From an uncultured archaeon (GTDB taxonomy: Archaea > Asgardarchaeota > Thorarchaeia > Thorarchaeales > Thorarchaeaceae), in NCBI GenBank assembly GCA_964631415.1, contig CAZVZC010000004.1:13814-77813 (forward strand): a DNA stretch of 64,000 bases. The letters run 5' to 3'. Both the position numbers and the translations under genes were made by a program. Within the stretch, counting starts at the first letter, position 1, and every line of letters begins with the position of its first letter. This document shows, one piece after another, positions 55,539 through 64,000 of the stretch. Below the pieces are notes generated by a model. It did not search any database. It was not told the origin of the DNA and saw nothing but the letters and a program-made list of their open reading frames with translations.

Positions 55539-56531
55539 TTACGACCTGAAGAACCTGTATGCCACGGCAACGATTAGCACTACTGTCAATGCTATACCGG
55601 CAGTCAGCCAGAAGCTGCCATCGAGGCCGCTGCCATCTGGTGTCGTGCTCGTTACTGAGGAGGTCGTGCCATTTGCGTGTTGCGGGACCCATCCGCTCAG
55701 AACTGCAGCCAACCACCAGAATGCATGGCCTTTCTGCTCGCAGCTCGTGTATGTTGTGTGGCCCGCTTGGTCGCCATGGAAGTCCTCGTGCTCGACCGGA
55801 ATATAGTAGTCCCCATACGCATAGGTGCTCTGTTCACCGTTGCTCCATGCATCGAGATCTTCGAAGTCAAAGAGCACCTTGTCATTTGCTATGCAATACT
55901 GGCGAATCTGCTCGTTCCTCTGCCACCTGTTGTAGCCTTCATCTCCGGTGGACTGAGCGTTGCATGTCATGTACACAAAGATTACACTGGGATTCGCCGT
56001 TTCCAGTGAAGACATCGCATCAAGATAGGCTTGGGTTTCAGCCTCACCATACCAGTACAGCTGAGTGCACCATGACCATATGGACACGGTCAGTGTGGGG
56101 TTCTCATCAAGTGTGTTCTGAGTGATGGCAAGACCATCGGGTGTTTCCCAGTATAGGTCTGGCGTGATGTATGACTCAGGGGGATTGCCGTCAAGCACGC
56201 ACAAAGCACCGGACTCGGTTGGCAGGTATCGATCGCCCTGAGCCTGACTGAAAGTAGAGTTAGCATCCTCAATCAAGTCAAGGCCCGTGGTGATCTGACT
56301 GCCATGGCTTGTGTGTGCATAGTGAACTTTCACATCTGACTGAGCGGCCTCTATCCACTCTGCAGGAATCGCATTCAAGTCTGTGCAGGTGTGGTCTACG
56401 ATGAGTCCACTCGGCCAGTCAGCAGAAACCCTGCCGGACGTTGTATAAAGGATTTCAGAAGAGGCCGAGTAAACCTGTAGGGACAGGAAAAAGACAGACA
56501 ACAGTAAGGCAAGACTGGCGTGGCGCGGCAT
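55539..56531 (-). CDS. secreted, C-terminally anchored protein, possibly SGNH-hydrolase-like
   Basis: Signal peptide; HYAHTSHGSQ, WSWC, VYMT, LFDFEDLD, DQAGH...QKGHAFWWL; Ser/Thr linker, TM, RFFRS tail. Confidence 0.7.
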   Translation of the reverse strand: MPRHASLALLLSVFFLSLQVYSASSEILYTTSGRVSADWPSGLIVDHTCTDLNAIPAEWIEAAQSDVKVHYAHTSHGSQITTGLDLIEDANSTFSQAQGDRYLPTESGALCVLDGNPPESYITPDLYWETPDGLAITQNTLDENPTLTVSIWSWCTQLYWYGEAETQAYLDAMSSLETANPSVIFVYMTCNAQSTGDEGYNRWQRNEQIRQYCIANDKVLFDFEDLDAWSNGEQSTYAYGDYYIPVEHEDFHGDQAGHTTYTSCEQKGHAFWWLAAVLSGWVPQHANGTTSSVTSTTPDGSGLDGSFWLTAGIALTVVLIVAVAYRFFRS

Positions 56532-56544
56532 GTTTCATCCTCCA

Positions 56545-56560
56545 AGATTGCCGGCAATCT
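56545..56560. promoter_or_regulatory. perfect 16-bp palindrome AGATTGCCGGCAATCT in a divergent promoter region
   Basis: 14 nt upstream of ATG 56531, downstream of TATA-like TATTAAC on the minus strand. Confidence 0.55.
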
Positions 56561-56648
56561 CACTGGTTAATAGTAAAAGCCTTTTCTCGTGCCAAGTTGC
56601 GACCCACACCGATATAACCGCAATCACGCCCTCCGTGTTCAAGAAGTC

Positions 56649-57467
56649 ATGAGTGAGCGGACTGAAACTGTGTTCGTATCATGTTCCACAATCGGCGGCA
56701 TAAGATCAGGAGCAGTGCCAGAGCTGTTCCTAATAGACCAAGTCCGCACGCTGCTAAGAGTCCATGACGCTGGATATCATCACGTCGAAATGATCTACAC
56801 CAACCAACCAGAATGGGTTGGCAAGACAATAATGGAAGCGTTGGGTGAGCTCTCGCTTGAACCATACTCAATACACCTGCCGAAGTTCATCTTCTCCTAC
56901 AGTGACGACGAGTTCACGGCGTTCACTGCCGCAGCATATCCCTTCATCGAGAAACTGGGGATTCAGGTCGCTGTCCTACACCCGCCCGACCCATCACAGA
57001 TCATGAACACAGACTGGTCGAAGAGATTCGACACACTCCTAGAACTCTCGGAGAAGGCTCACTGCAGACTGACGCTCGAAAACATGCCGTATCTTCCCAA
57101 TGTGGACCAGTTCATCTTGGATCACATATCAAAGAACGTTTCCACCTCCCTTGGCGTCACAATCGACCTAGAGTACATGAGATACAACGGGTCTGACATA
57201 GGCGAACTGATCAAGATGTTTGGAGAACGTCTGTTGAATGTTCACTTCCGTGACGGGGACGGTAGCCTCGTGGACAGTGAGGGGCACAGGCGATACCTGC
57301 TTCCTGGCTCAGGAAACATCGACCTGCTTGGTGTACTCCGAATGCTCCATCGTTCAGGATACAGTGGAGTACTGACCGTTGAAGTTTCACACAGACAGAG
57401 GGACAACATCACCAAAGCCAAGGCGTTTCTTGAGGACAGTCTCAGAAGCATTGGAGTTCAGCTGTGA
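56649..57467 (+). CDS. sugar phosphate isomerase/epimerase (AP-endonuclease-2 TIM barrel)
   Basis: YSIHLP, AVLHP, LTLENMP, TIDLEY, NVHFRDG, LPGSGNID, LTVE. Confidence 0.88.
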   Translation: MSERTETVFVSCSTIGGIRSGAVPELFLIDQVRTLLRVHDAGYHHVEMIYTNQPEWVGKTIMEALGELSLEPYSIHLPKFIFSYSDDEFTAFTAAAYPFIEKLGIQVAVLHPPDPSQIMNTDWSKRFDTLLELSEKAHCRLTLENMPYLPNVDQFILDHISKNVSTSLGVTIDLEYMRYNGSDIGELIKMFGERLLNVHFRDGDGSLVDSEGHRRYLLPGSGNIDLLGVLRMLHRSGYSGVLTVEVSHRQRDNITKAKAFLEDSLRSIGVQL

Positions 57468-57495
57468 AAGAAAGAGATGGGGAGTCCAACCCCTC

Positions 57496-59193
57496 TTAGG
57501 CAGACTCCCTCACGCGGTTGATTCGAATGCATACTGCTGACAGGACAAAGACTGCACTCCCACCTAGGAACAGCGAGGTGTACAGTATCCCTGAGATTCG
57601 CCCGCTGACATCACCAGGAGCCATTTGAGGGAACACCGTGAAGATTGGGTCGTGAACGATTGAGTACCCGTCCCACTCTCCATAGCACGAGCTGTAGTAG
57701 TACGAACCGGACATCATCCCGGTTGATCCTGTGGCAACTCCGCTCAAAGAGGGGGTTGCTTCTGCAGCAAACGCATAGAGGTACACGGGCATGATTGCTG
57801 TGCCCACATCGTGTGTAGAGTTGTCCTTTCTCCAGACATAGGTGCCGCCAAACTCAACAGATGCCAGCGGGTTCTCACCTTCATTGAAGGAGATTCCCCC
57901 ACTGATGACGGGTTCTGCCATGTTGACGGTGGTGGGGGCTATTGGCTGATCATCTCCTCTGACGAGAAGATCAGAGCTCGAGAAGGAGCTCCAGTAGTTC
58001 AACATCAGGCTGAGCCCCTCGGCCTGCGGCAGCATGCCGCCTGTGACCGGTTCTCTAAAGTCACCGATGAGCTGGTCAATCTTCAGTACTGCCGCTTTCT
58101 CATTGACCTCAAAGCGATAAGTCATCTTGAGACTGTCAACCTTAGCCGGGATTGTTTCTGGTTCAGCAAATGGCTCACCACCAGGATAGTCGTATGAGGC
58201 GACCATGTACGGATAACGAGAGTTGAGGACGCCCTCAATGTCAACGACCTCGGTGCTCCATTCTATCTGTCCTTGTGCGTTCACGAACGGAGTCTGGACA
58301 CTGCCCACTGCTGCACTCTGTGCATAGAAGTCATACTTCAGTTCGGAGTTGGTGTAGTTGACCACATAGTACGACCAATCAATGTGACTGTCGTTATCAA
58401 AGTCGTACTCGACCAGGTCATAGGCAATGTCTACTACTCCGTCATCATCTGTGTCATTGAATACGCTTAGCCCTGAGAAGTAGTGCTGCATCCACTGTGT
58501 CTGGTCGTCAGCCGTTGTCATTTCGCTCACATCATATCCAAAACCGCAGTAGTACCAGTCCTGAGCATCACTGTATGATCCGTTCATGAAGGATGCCCAC
58601 TGATACTCCTCCTTCAGGAGTGGAACAATCAGACTAGGGTCTACGACACTCCAATTCTCATCCATCCATGTGTACTGGGCGCTGTACGAGTAGCTGTAGT
58701 TGTAGGTGCTATAGTAGAACGAAGAATAGACAAGGACCTCGTCTCCTGTGAGCGCATCGGCAGTCGGCCACCAGTACATCATCCAGATGTCACCGGCTGT
58801 TGGCTGAGTAGATAGCCATGAGATGAAGCTACCATCAGGATCTAGCACTATCGTCACAAGTAGATTCGAAAAAGACCAATCGGAAGTCGAGTTGTATTCG
58901 GCGTCTTCAAGGATCCAGTAAGTGTTGTTGTTTCTGTCCTCCACCATGTAGTAGTACTCGTAGTCGTACTCATTGCGCATCTCTACAGGAACTGGCCCCA
59001 TATCGTCACTGGATGCGTTCCACCATTGCCAGTAGACATAGACACTGGGCAGCATCTCATCAAAGGGTACGGTGGTCTGTATTGGCGTGGTGATTGGGCC
59101 CGTCTGCATGGCAGCGACCGGACCGACACCAAGCAACAACAGGGCGGCCAGTAGCCCTATTGTAGTGGCGCATTGCCGTGCTCGATCGTTCAT
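57496..59193 (-). CDS. large acidic Tyr/Trp-rich secreted surface protein with C-terminal TM anchor
   Basis: Signal peptide; many N-x-S/T sequons; IVHDPIF before the TM; RINRVRE tail. Confidence 0.8.
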   Translation of the reverse strand: MNDRARQCATTIGLLAALLLLGVGPVAAMQTGPITTPIQTTVPFDEMLPSVYVYWQWWNASSDDMGPVPVEMRNEYDYEYYYMVEDRNNNTYWILEDAEYNSTSDWSFSNLLVTIVLDPDGSFISWLSTQPTAGDIWMMYWWPTADALTGDEVLVYSSFYYSTYNYSYSYSAQYTWMDENWSVVDPSLIVPLLKEEYQWASFMNGSYSDAQDWYYCGFGYDVSEMTTADDQTQWMQHYFSGLSVFNDTDDDGVVDIAYDLVEYDFDNDSHIDWSYYVVNYTNSELKYDFYAQSAAVGSVQTPFVNAQGQIEWSTEVVDIEGVLNSRYPYMVASYDYPGGEPFAEPETIPAKVDSLKMTYRFEVNEKAAVLKIDQLIGDFREPVTGGMLPQAEGLSLMLNYWSSFSSSDLLVRGDDQPIAPTTVNMAEPVISGGISFNEGENPLASVEFGGTYVWRKDNSTHDVGTAIMPVYLYAFAAEATPSLSGVATGSTGMMSGSYYYSSCYGEWDGYSIVHDPIFTVFPQMAPGDVSGRISGILYTSLFLGGSAVFVLSAVCIRINRVRESA

Positions 59194-59368
59194 CGATAGA
59201 CCTCATTCGTTGTTGTCGGTAGGCCTGCTAGGAAACAGAAAGAACATAGTTGTTACCTGTGAACTGTTCCAGAACAGAGAGTTGAAGGATATGATTTGCC
59301 TTGAAAAACGATTACGAGGGCGAATAGGTCTTCGAATCGTTCGAAGAGATGATTTCGATGAGTAAAAA

Positions 59369-59893
59369 TCATCGTGGGACATTGCGTACCAGAACGACTG
59401 TCTTGGTCCTGCCGTGGGCCTCTCGACTGATAAGCGATTTTCTCTCCAGTGAAGACAGGATGACACTCAATGTTGACTTGCTCAGGCCCGATACTCTTCT
59501 GAGCTCGTCTTGAGCCATCTCACCGCCGTTCTCCTCCAATCGGTTGATCACTCGTCTTTCGGTGCTACTCAGAGTGATCACTAGGACCTTTTCGCTCTCG
59601 GATACAGGGACTTGAGTTTCAGTGCCTGCCACCAAGCCCTCTAAGCGAGAAACCCTTCTCTGAAGCCTCAGTACTACTAGGACTGCCACGTTCACAATCA
59701 GTACTAAGGATATCACGAGTGCGATTGTGGTGGCAAGGAACACTATCTCTTTGGCGATGGGCATCGCCGCCATCCAGACCCCTACAGAAGCAGACAGTAT
59801 CACTACAGAGATGCCAACGAGGACTGCATCGATCTTCGCATCCCGGTCTTCATGTCCGTCCATCTGTGGCACCTTCTGATGGTAGTCTGTCAC
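59369..59893 (-). CDS. membrane-anchored winged-helix regulator (2 TM + coiled coil + MarR-like wHTH)
   Basis: TM pair; LSSTERRVINRLEENGGEMAQDELRRVSGLSKSTLSVILSSLERKSLISREAHGRTKTV. Confidence 0.85.
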   Translation of the reverse strand: MTDYHQKVPQMDGHEDRDAKIDAVLVGISVVILSASVGVWMAAMPIAKEIVFLATTIALVISLVLIVNVAVLVVLRLQRRVSRLEGLVAGTETQVPVSESEKVLVITLSSTERRVINRLEENGGEMAQDELRRVSGLSKSTLSVILSSLERKSLISREAHGRTKTVVLVRNVPR

Positions 59894-60143
59894 CTCTTGC
59901 TACCGTAAAAGCAGATTGAGGCGTCCTAGTCAATCAACAGATTCTCACGTCTTCTTCCAGACGCTTTGACTGAAGATATGTGCAGGAAACCCGCCAGTGC
60001 TGATGAAGTTGACGCCGACAGAGACCTGACACAGAGCGGCCCAGAGTAGACATACATGGTACATTGCACAGGATTGCTGACAGTCTGCTATCATAGAACA
60101 AAGAATAATACGGTCCCTCCACTTTCCAGCTAATGTCATGTGA

Positions 60144-61184
60144 ATGGGGCTTGGTGAGATGCTGAAGGAGATATACCTTATCAGCCATGGTTTGCTGCTG
60201 TTCCACTACAACAGGGACAGGAGTCAGAGCGACACAGACGAGGCAGTCCTCTCATCGGGTCTCATGAGTGCCATGCGCGATTTCAGTGAACAAACGAGAT
60301 CAGACGTACTTCAGTCGTTCTCCACTGAGAACGAGTACTTCCTATTCCAACCATGCAAGGACATGAATCGGATCATTGTTGGGGTGTTTGACCGCCGTGC
60401 ACCTGAGGAACTGGCAAGGGACATTCTGGATCGGATACAACGGCTCATCGCGGCCACAAGAATGCCTGAAACCATAGGGGTCCAGTTGAAACCCGAGGAG
60501 AAGGATGATCTCAGGAGCAGAATCGACAAGATACTGGATCAGACGTTCAACACTGGGCAGATGGCAGCATTTGTGGAGAAGCAGATGAGCGGAAGAACAG
60601 ACATTCCACTCGCTTTTGTCTTGGATTTGGATGAAAAGAAAGTCCTAGCTCATTTCGCAAGGCCACATCCTCTCTTCAAGGACACTCAAGTCAGGGATCT
60701 TCTGCTAGTTCACACGACAATCTGCACGACACTATCCAAGCTTGGCATTGGTGAGAAGTACAGCTATTTCTCGGTGCAGTCACCAGAGTACTCCATTGCT
60801 ACCTGTTGGAGTGGACGGCTGCTGAGCATGGCCACCGGAGCTATGCAGGCCCGAAGAGAAGACGTGAGGCAGGCTGCCGCGCAGATCTGCTTTCAAGACA
60901 CTGAGGAACCCGGAGTTAGCTCTCCAGATGCCCCGCGACTTCTCAATAAGTCTAGCCTCCTGGAGAACGGAGTGGTTTCTCACCAGTCTGGCGAATTCCT
61001 TCCCGCTATCAGTGGAGTGTTGCTGTCGACACTCGCCAACAACTTGGATGGTTTCTTCAAGTCCATAACCCGGCGCACCTTCCAAGGATTCGAGATTGCC
61101 AGTCGCAATGGCAGCCCAAAGAAACTGGTAGTGACCCGAAAGGAGTCCGAGAAGACAATGACAGTCGAAGTATATCAACAGTGA
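60144..61184 (+). CDS. longin-domain + roadblock/profilin-like multi-domain protein (Asgard eukaryotic-signature type)
   Basis: N-terminal LKEIYLISHGLLLFHY...VLSSGLMSAMRDFSEQ...beta-beta-beta-helix-helix longin pattern; second domain helix-beta-beta-helix-beta-beta-beta-helix. Confidence 0.7.
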   Translation: MGLGEMLKEIYLISHGLLLFHYNRDRSQSDTDEAVLSSGLMSAMRDFSEQTRSDVLQSFSTENEYFLFQPCKDMNRIIVGVFDRRAPEELARDILDRIQRLIAATRMPETIGVQLKPEEKDDLRSRIDKILDQTFNTGQMAAFVEKQMSGRTDIPLAFVLDLDEKKVLAHFARPHPLFKDTQVRDLLLVHTTICTTLSKLGIGEKYSYFSVQSPEYSIATCWSGRLLSMATGAMQARREDVRQAAAQICFQDTEEPGVSSPDAPRLLNKSSLLENGVVSHQSGEFLPAISGVLLSTLANNLDGFFKSITRRTFQGFEIASRNGSPKKLVVTRKESEKTMTVEVYQQ

Positions 61185-61256
61185 TGAACTCGGTCCAGAC
61201 AGTAAGCGATTTTAGATGCGGGTCCACACTACTCAACCGCTAGAGTTGGGAACACA

Positions 61257-61994
61257 ATGAGCACTGCTAGTATGAATAAGTCCGCGACAAGACGGTCAGA
61301 GCTTGATGCTGTCTTTCTATACATGGGAATACTGGACGCGTACGAGGCAGTTGGCATCGAGCTCATCGGTTCAAAGGTCTTAGACGAACAGGTGCTGCCG
61401 CGCATGGCCTATTATGTGAAGGAATTCTTGCCAGAGCTGTCGTCGGCCAAGGGAAGCTCTGAGGACCTGGTGCCAGAACTGAGAGTATTCCTGAAGGACT
61501 TCCGTGAGAGAGTACAGAAGGCGAAACAGACGGGGTCGGCTCAGGGCTTGTCAATGGAGGACATCTGGAAGCTGAGAGCAGCTGTCTTTGGGTTCGAAAG
61601 TGTCTTCATCAGTATCTTGGGTGACGCCGCAATCAAGAACTACGTCTTCGTGAGAATGTCTGACATTCTGTCAGCCTACTTGCCCGAGAATCTCCTCGAT
61701 CCTAAGATTTCACTTCTCCAGAAGCTAGAAGCCTATGCGAAGTACATCAAGGAACATGGATTCGTTGGGTACTCTAGGGTTTCGGTTGACAGACAGGGCA
61801 TAACCGTCGCTGCAAACAACTGTGCCTTTGCCAGAATCCACGATTCGGAGGCATACAGAAACCTGAACGTGAGGTTCTGTCCGTGGGGGATGATTGCTTC
61901 TGCGATAATAGCCGGGCACGAGGGCAAGGGATCACTGTTGAAGTCGAGTACTTTCACAACAAGGGGGAGTCTAAGCAAGATATCGTCCAATTAG
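61257..61994 (+). CDS. V4R / Bet3(TRAPP) / H-NOX-superfamily-like protein with a duplicated N-terminal helical segment
   Basis: C-terminal GFVGYSRV...ITVAANNCAFA...FCPWGMIASAII...STFTTRGSLSKI; internal 32-aa gap-free repeat. Confidence 0.65.
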   Translation: MSTASMNKSATRRSELDAVFLYMGILDAYEAVGIELIGSKVLDEQVLPRMAYYVKEFLPELSSAKGSSEDLVPELRVFLKDFRERVQKAKQTGSAQGLSMEDIWKLRAAVFGFESVFISILGDAAIKNYVFVRMSDILSAYLPENLLDPKISLLQKLEAYAKYIKEHGFVGYSRVSVDRQGITVAANNCAFARIHDSEAYRNLNVRFCPWGMIASAIIAGHEGKGSLLKSSTFTTRGSLSKISSN

Positions 61995-62009
61995 AAAGGA
62001 GGAGGAGTC

Positions 62010-62450
62010 ATGCAAGTCCAACTCACACCATTCGAGATAGCATCAATCGTGATGGTGGCAGAAACTGTGGTCGTTGTCGGGCTCTTGATCGGATGGTACT
62101 TCGGATCCAGACGAATGAAATTCACCATCCATCACGGGGCGGTCTACTCAGTGGTGCTAGTTCATCTTCTGACAGTAAGCATCTGGATGATCCCACAGGC
62201 ATTGCTGCTTGCCTCCTCTGGTTTGTTCAGCGACCCACTAGGCAACTGGTACCAGATCGCACATGATATGATTGGGCTACTGGCCATAGGCCTTGGGTCG
62301 ATTTTGGTACTTGTCTTCATTACCAGAAGAGGCATGCCGCTCAAGCTTCTGAAGAAGACCCGTCCTCTGATGATAGTCACGTTGGTGATGTGGATACTTT
62401 CGTTCGGGCTTGGTATAGTGAGCTATGTCGCCAACCGTCTGTTGGGTTAG
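62010..62450 (+). CDS. 4-TM membrane protein (DUF420-like)
   Basis: GGAGG RBS; HHGAVY, HDMIG intramembrane His; LWILSFGLGIVSY. Confidence 0.65.
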   Translation: MQVQLTPFEIASIVMVAETVVVVGLLIGWYFGSRRMKFTIHHGAVYSVVLVHLLTVSIWMIPQALLLASSGLFSDPLGNWYQIAHDMIGLLAIGLGSILVLVFITRRGMPLKLLKKTRPLMIVTLVMWILSFGLGIVSYVANRLLG

Positions 62451-62548
62451 TCTTGTTCCAACGCATGGCTCAGGCAATGGGTTCAGGAACTAATGCAAAG
62501 AGGTAAATCACCAAGCACACAGTACGTCGTTGAACAGAGACGGTTGAT

Positions 62549-62926
62549 GTGACAGAGCAAGTGAGTGGGCAGCTGTCGAAGGAGGAACTCCGGCAGCTTA
62601 GAAGACTAAAGATGGTCAAGGAGGCCCTTGATGAGTTGAAGAGGAGGGGAATCTCTGCGGACATACCCGTGTGCCCTGTGTGCAAGAGCCCTCGCATTGT
62701 TCACATGACATCGTTTCAAGACCTGGGGTACATTGGGAGCTTTCAGCCGGCTTATTATTGCCTTGACTGTGGTTGGTATGGGAGAACTCTGACCATCATG
62801 ACCAACCGGCCTGAGGATGATGCTGTGTCCGAGGATCTCAGAGAGGCATTCCCGTCATTCCGAGAGGAAACTCCAGAAGAAGAAGAGTATCCCGAGGACG
62901 AGGAAGAGCGCTCTTGGGAATCCTAG
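62549..62926 (+). CDS. Zn-ribbon protein with acidic tail
   Basis: CPVCKS...YYCLDCGWYG; EEEEYPEDEEE tail. Confidence 0.75.
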   Translation: MTEQVSGQLSKEELRQLRRLKMVKEALDELKRRGISADIPVCPVCKSPRIVHMTSFQDLGYIGSFQPAYYCLDCGWYGRTLTIMTNRPEDDAVSEDLREAFPSFREETPEEEEYPEDEEERSWES

Positions 62927-62984
62927 TAGCCAAGGGCCCAGACGGCACAGATAACAAGAAACTGGCATCAGTTGTGCAGTGATG

Positions 62985-63659
62985 CTACTTCCGCGTTCCG
63001 CTTGCGTACCAATCACATAAAGTAGACAGGAAACAATCTGAGCACAGAGGATTGCGGGCCCGACAGACTTGCCTGCCATGGAGAACTAGATTGTGGTTGA
63101 GGGAGTACAGGCAATGCGCGGGTATAATGCTCTCAAGCATAGGCTGTGCATTCTCACGCGAAACCTTGAGAGGGACCAGACCAAGTCGTCTTGTCACACG
63201 CCAGACGTGAGTGTCGACAGGCAGCGTCGGCCGTCCGAATGAGAAGAGTAGCACAATCGCTGCGGTCTTAGGTCCAACCCCATGCAGCGATGTGAGCCAT
63301 TGAGTCGCATCCTCAGTAGTCATGTCACTAAACAACGAGAGATCCAGACGTCCCACTCTTCGCTGTATCTCCGAAAGCGCGGCCTTGATACGTTTCGCCT
63401 TCAGCTTGTAGTACCCTGACGACCTTATCACTTGTGCTATTTCATCCTCTGGTGCTGACATCACTTCTTCCCAAGTCGGGTAGGTCGCCCTCAGCTTGTC
63501 ATACGCCCTCTGAGAATTCACATCAGCTGTGTTCTGACTCAGTATCGTCATAACGAGCTCATCGATTGGCGGACTGGCTTGCTCTACAACTGTGTTGCCG
63601 TAGTTATGCTGTAACAGCTTGCATATGTGAGAAGCCTTCTTCCGTGCTGCAACATCCAA
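62985..63659 (-). CDS. nth: endonuclease III (HhH-GPD, 4Fe-4S)
   Basis: ILSQNT, LHGVGPKTA (Lys), VDTHV (Asp), CRARNPLCSDCFLSTLC. Confidence 0.92.
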   Translation of the reverse strand: MDVAARKKASHICKLLQHNYGNTVVEQASPPIDELVMTILSQNTADVNSQRAYDKLRATYPTWEEVMSAPEDEIAQVIRSSGYYKLKAKRIKAALSEIQRRVGRLDLSLFSDMTTEDATQWLTSLHGVGPKTAAIVLLFSFGRPTLPVDTHVWRVTRRLGLVPLKVSRENAQPMLESIIPAHCLYSLNHNLVLHGRQVCRARNPLCSDCFLSTLCDWYASGTRK

Positions 63660-63738
63660 ATGTCATGAACCACCTGCTCTCAAGCCTGTGGCTTGCTTCA
63701 GAACGCTTTTCTGTTGGTTGGTCTAGCTGCGTCGATAG

Positions 63739-64000
63739 ATGAAGATGCGCGTAGCTGTAATCTACGAGAGCACCATGGGTCGCACTAGGGCCATGGCCCA
63801 AGCCATTGGCGAAGGTGCTCGTCTAGAAGGGGCACAGTGTGACGTCATAGAAGCGGCTCAGTTCAAGGAATTGGGTGATGCATGTGCACTTGCAGTAGGC
63901 AGCTCCACACGCATTGGGAAACCGCTGCCAAGAATCCGCCAGATTCTCTCCGAACTGAACAACCTGAGTGGTATCACGGCTGCGAGCTTTGGCTCATACG
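63739..64000 (+). CDS. flavodoxin-family protein, truncated by the window end
   Basis: Manual translation MKMRVAVIYESTMGRTRAMAQAIGEG...LAVGSST...AASFGSY; not in the ORF track. Confidence 0.85.
   Translation, partial: MKMRVAVIYESTMGRTRAMAQAIGEGARLEGAQCDVIEAAQFKELGDACALAVGSSTRIGKPLPRIRQILSELNNLSGITAASFGSY

Noticed and set aside
59999-60090. Second C/D-like set (CTGATGA followed by CTGA) in the 59.9-60.1 kb gap
   Set aside because: 19-nt guide and no C' box; consistent with chance
1-64000. Roughly 200 short or antisense ORFs in the track (for example 6743..7480+, 25792..26388+, 44537..45169+, 46328..46930-, 55559..56125+)
   Set aside because: They lie opposite or inside well-supported genes and have no motifs or RBS; treated as shadow ORFs
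1-64000. tRNA, rRNA, CRISPR repeats, IS or integrase genes, and Sec/Pyl read-through
   Set aside because: No T-arm GTTCRA cloverleaf, no regularly spaced repeats, no transposase or recombinase motifs, and no recognised enzyme interrupted by an in-frame TGA/TAG were found by eye; a tRNAscan-SE, Infernal and SECIS search would be needed to exclude them formally

Overview
Archaeal chromosomal window, densely coding, with no rRNA, tRNA, CRISPR array or mobile element recognisable by eye. TATA boxes, GGTGA/GAGG ribosome-binding sites, the longin/roadblock-like, Yip1 and TM-winged-helix-Zn-ribbon proteins, and the many GNAT and wHTH genes suggest an Asgard archaeon, most likely Thorarchaeia. That assignment is inference. 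Housekeeping and metabolic content: tungsten-type AOR with a class II aldolase, TrpB2, an ABC exporter, beta-oxidation genes (acyl-CoA ligase, HAD-ECH fusion, thiolase), two radical SAM enzymes, nitroreductases, a nucleoside hydrolase, an S66 peptidase, MscL, endonuclease III and a partial flavodoxin. Strongest leads: (1) a secreted linalool dehydratase/isomerase (Ldi/LinD)-like protein that keeps both catalytic Cys positions, 3 nt upstream of an ECF S-component; (2) a gene run pairing a longin plus roadblock-like three-domain protein with a V4R/Bet3-like protein whose N-terminal helical segment is internally duplicated, the two folds that make up the eukaryotic TRAPP core; (3) a PIG-N-like alkaline-phosphatase-fold membrane enzyme; (4) a GNAT coupled to a large helical/CorA-like 2-TM protein lacking GMN; (5) several palindromic operators readable directly next to candidate wHTH regulators; (6) two genes that appear to lack a canonical start codon (CTG; ACG or a 1-nt indel). 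All family calls come from motif recognition from memory, not from database searches.
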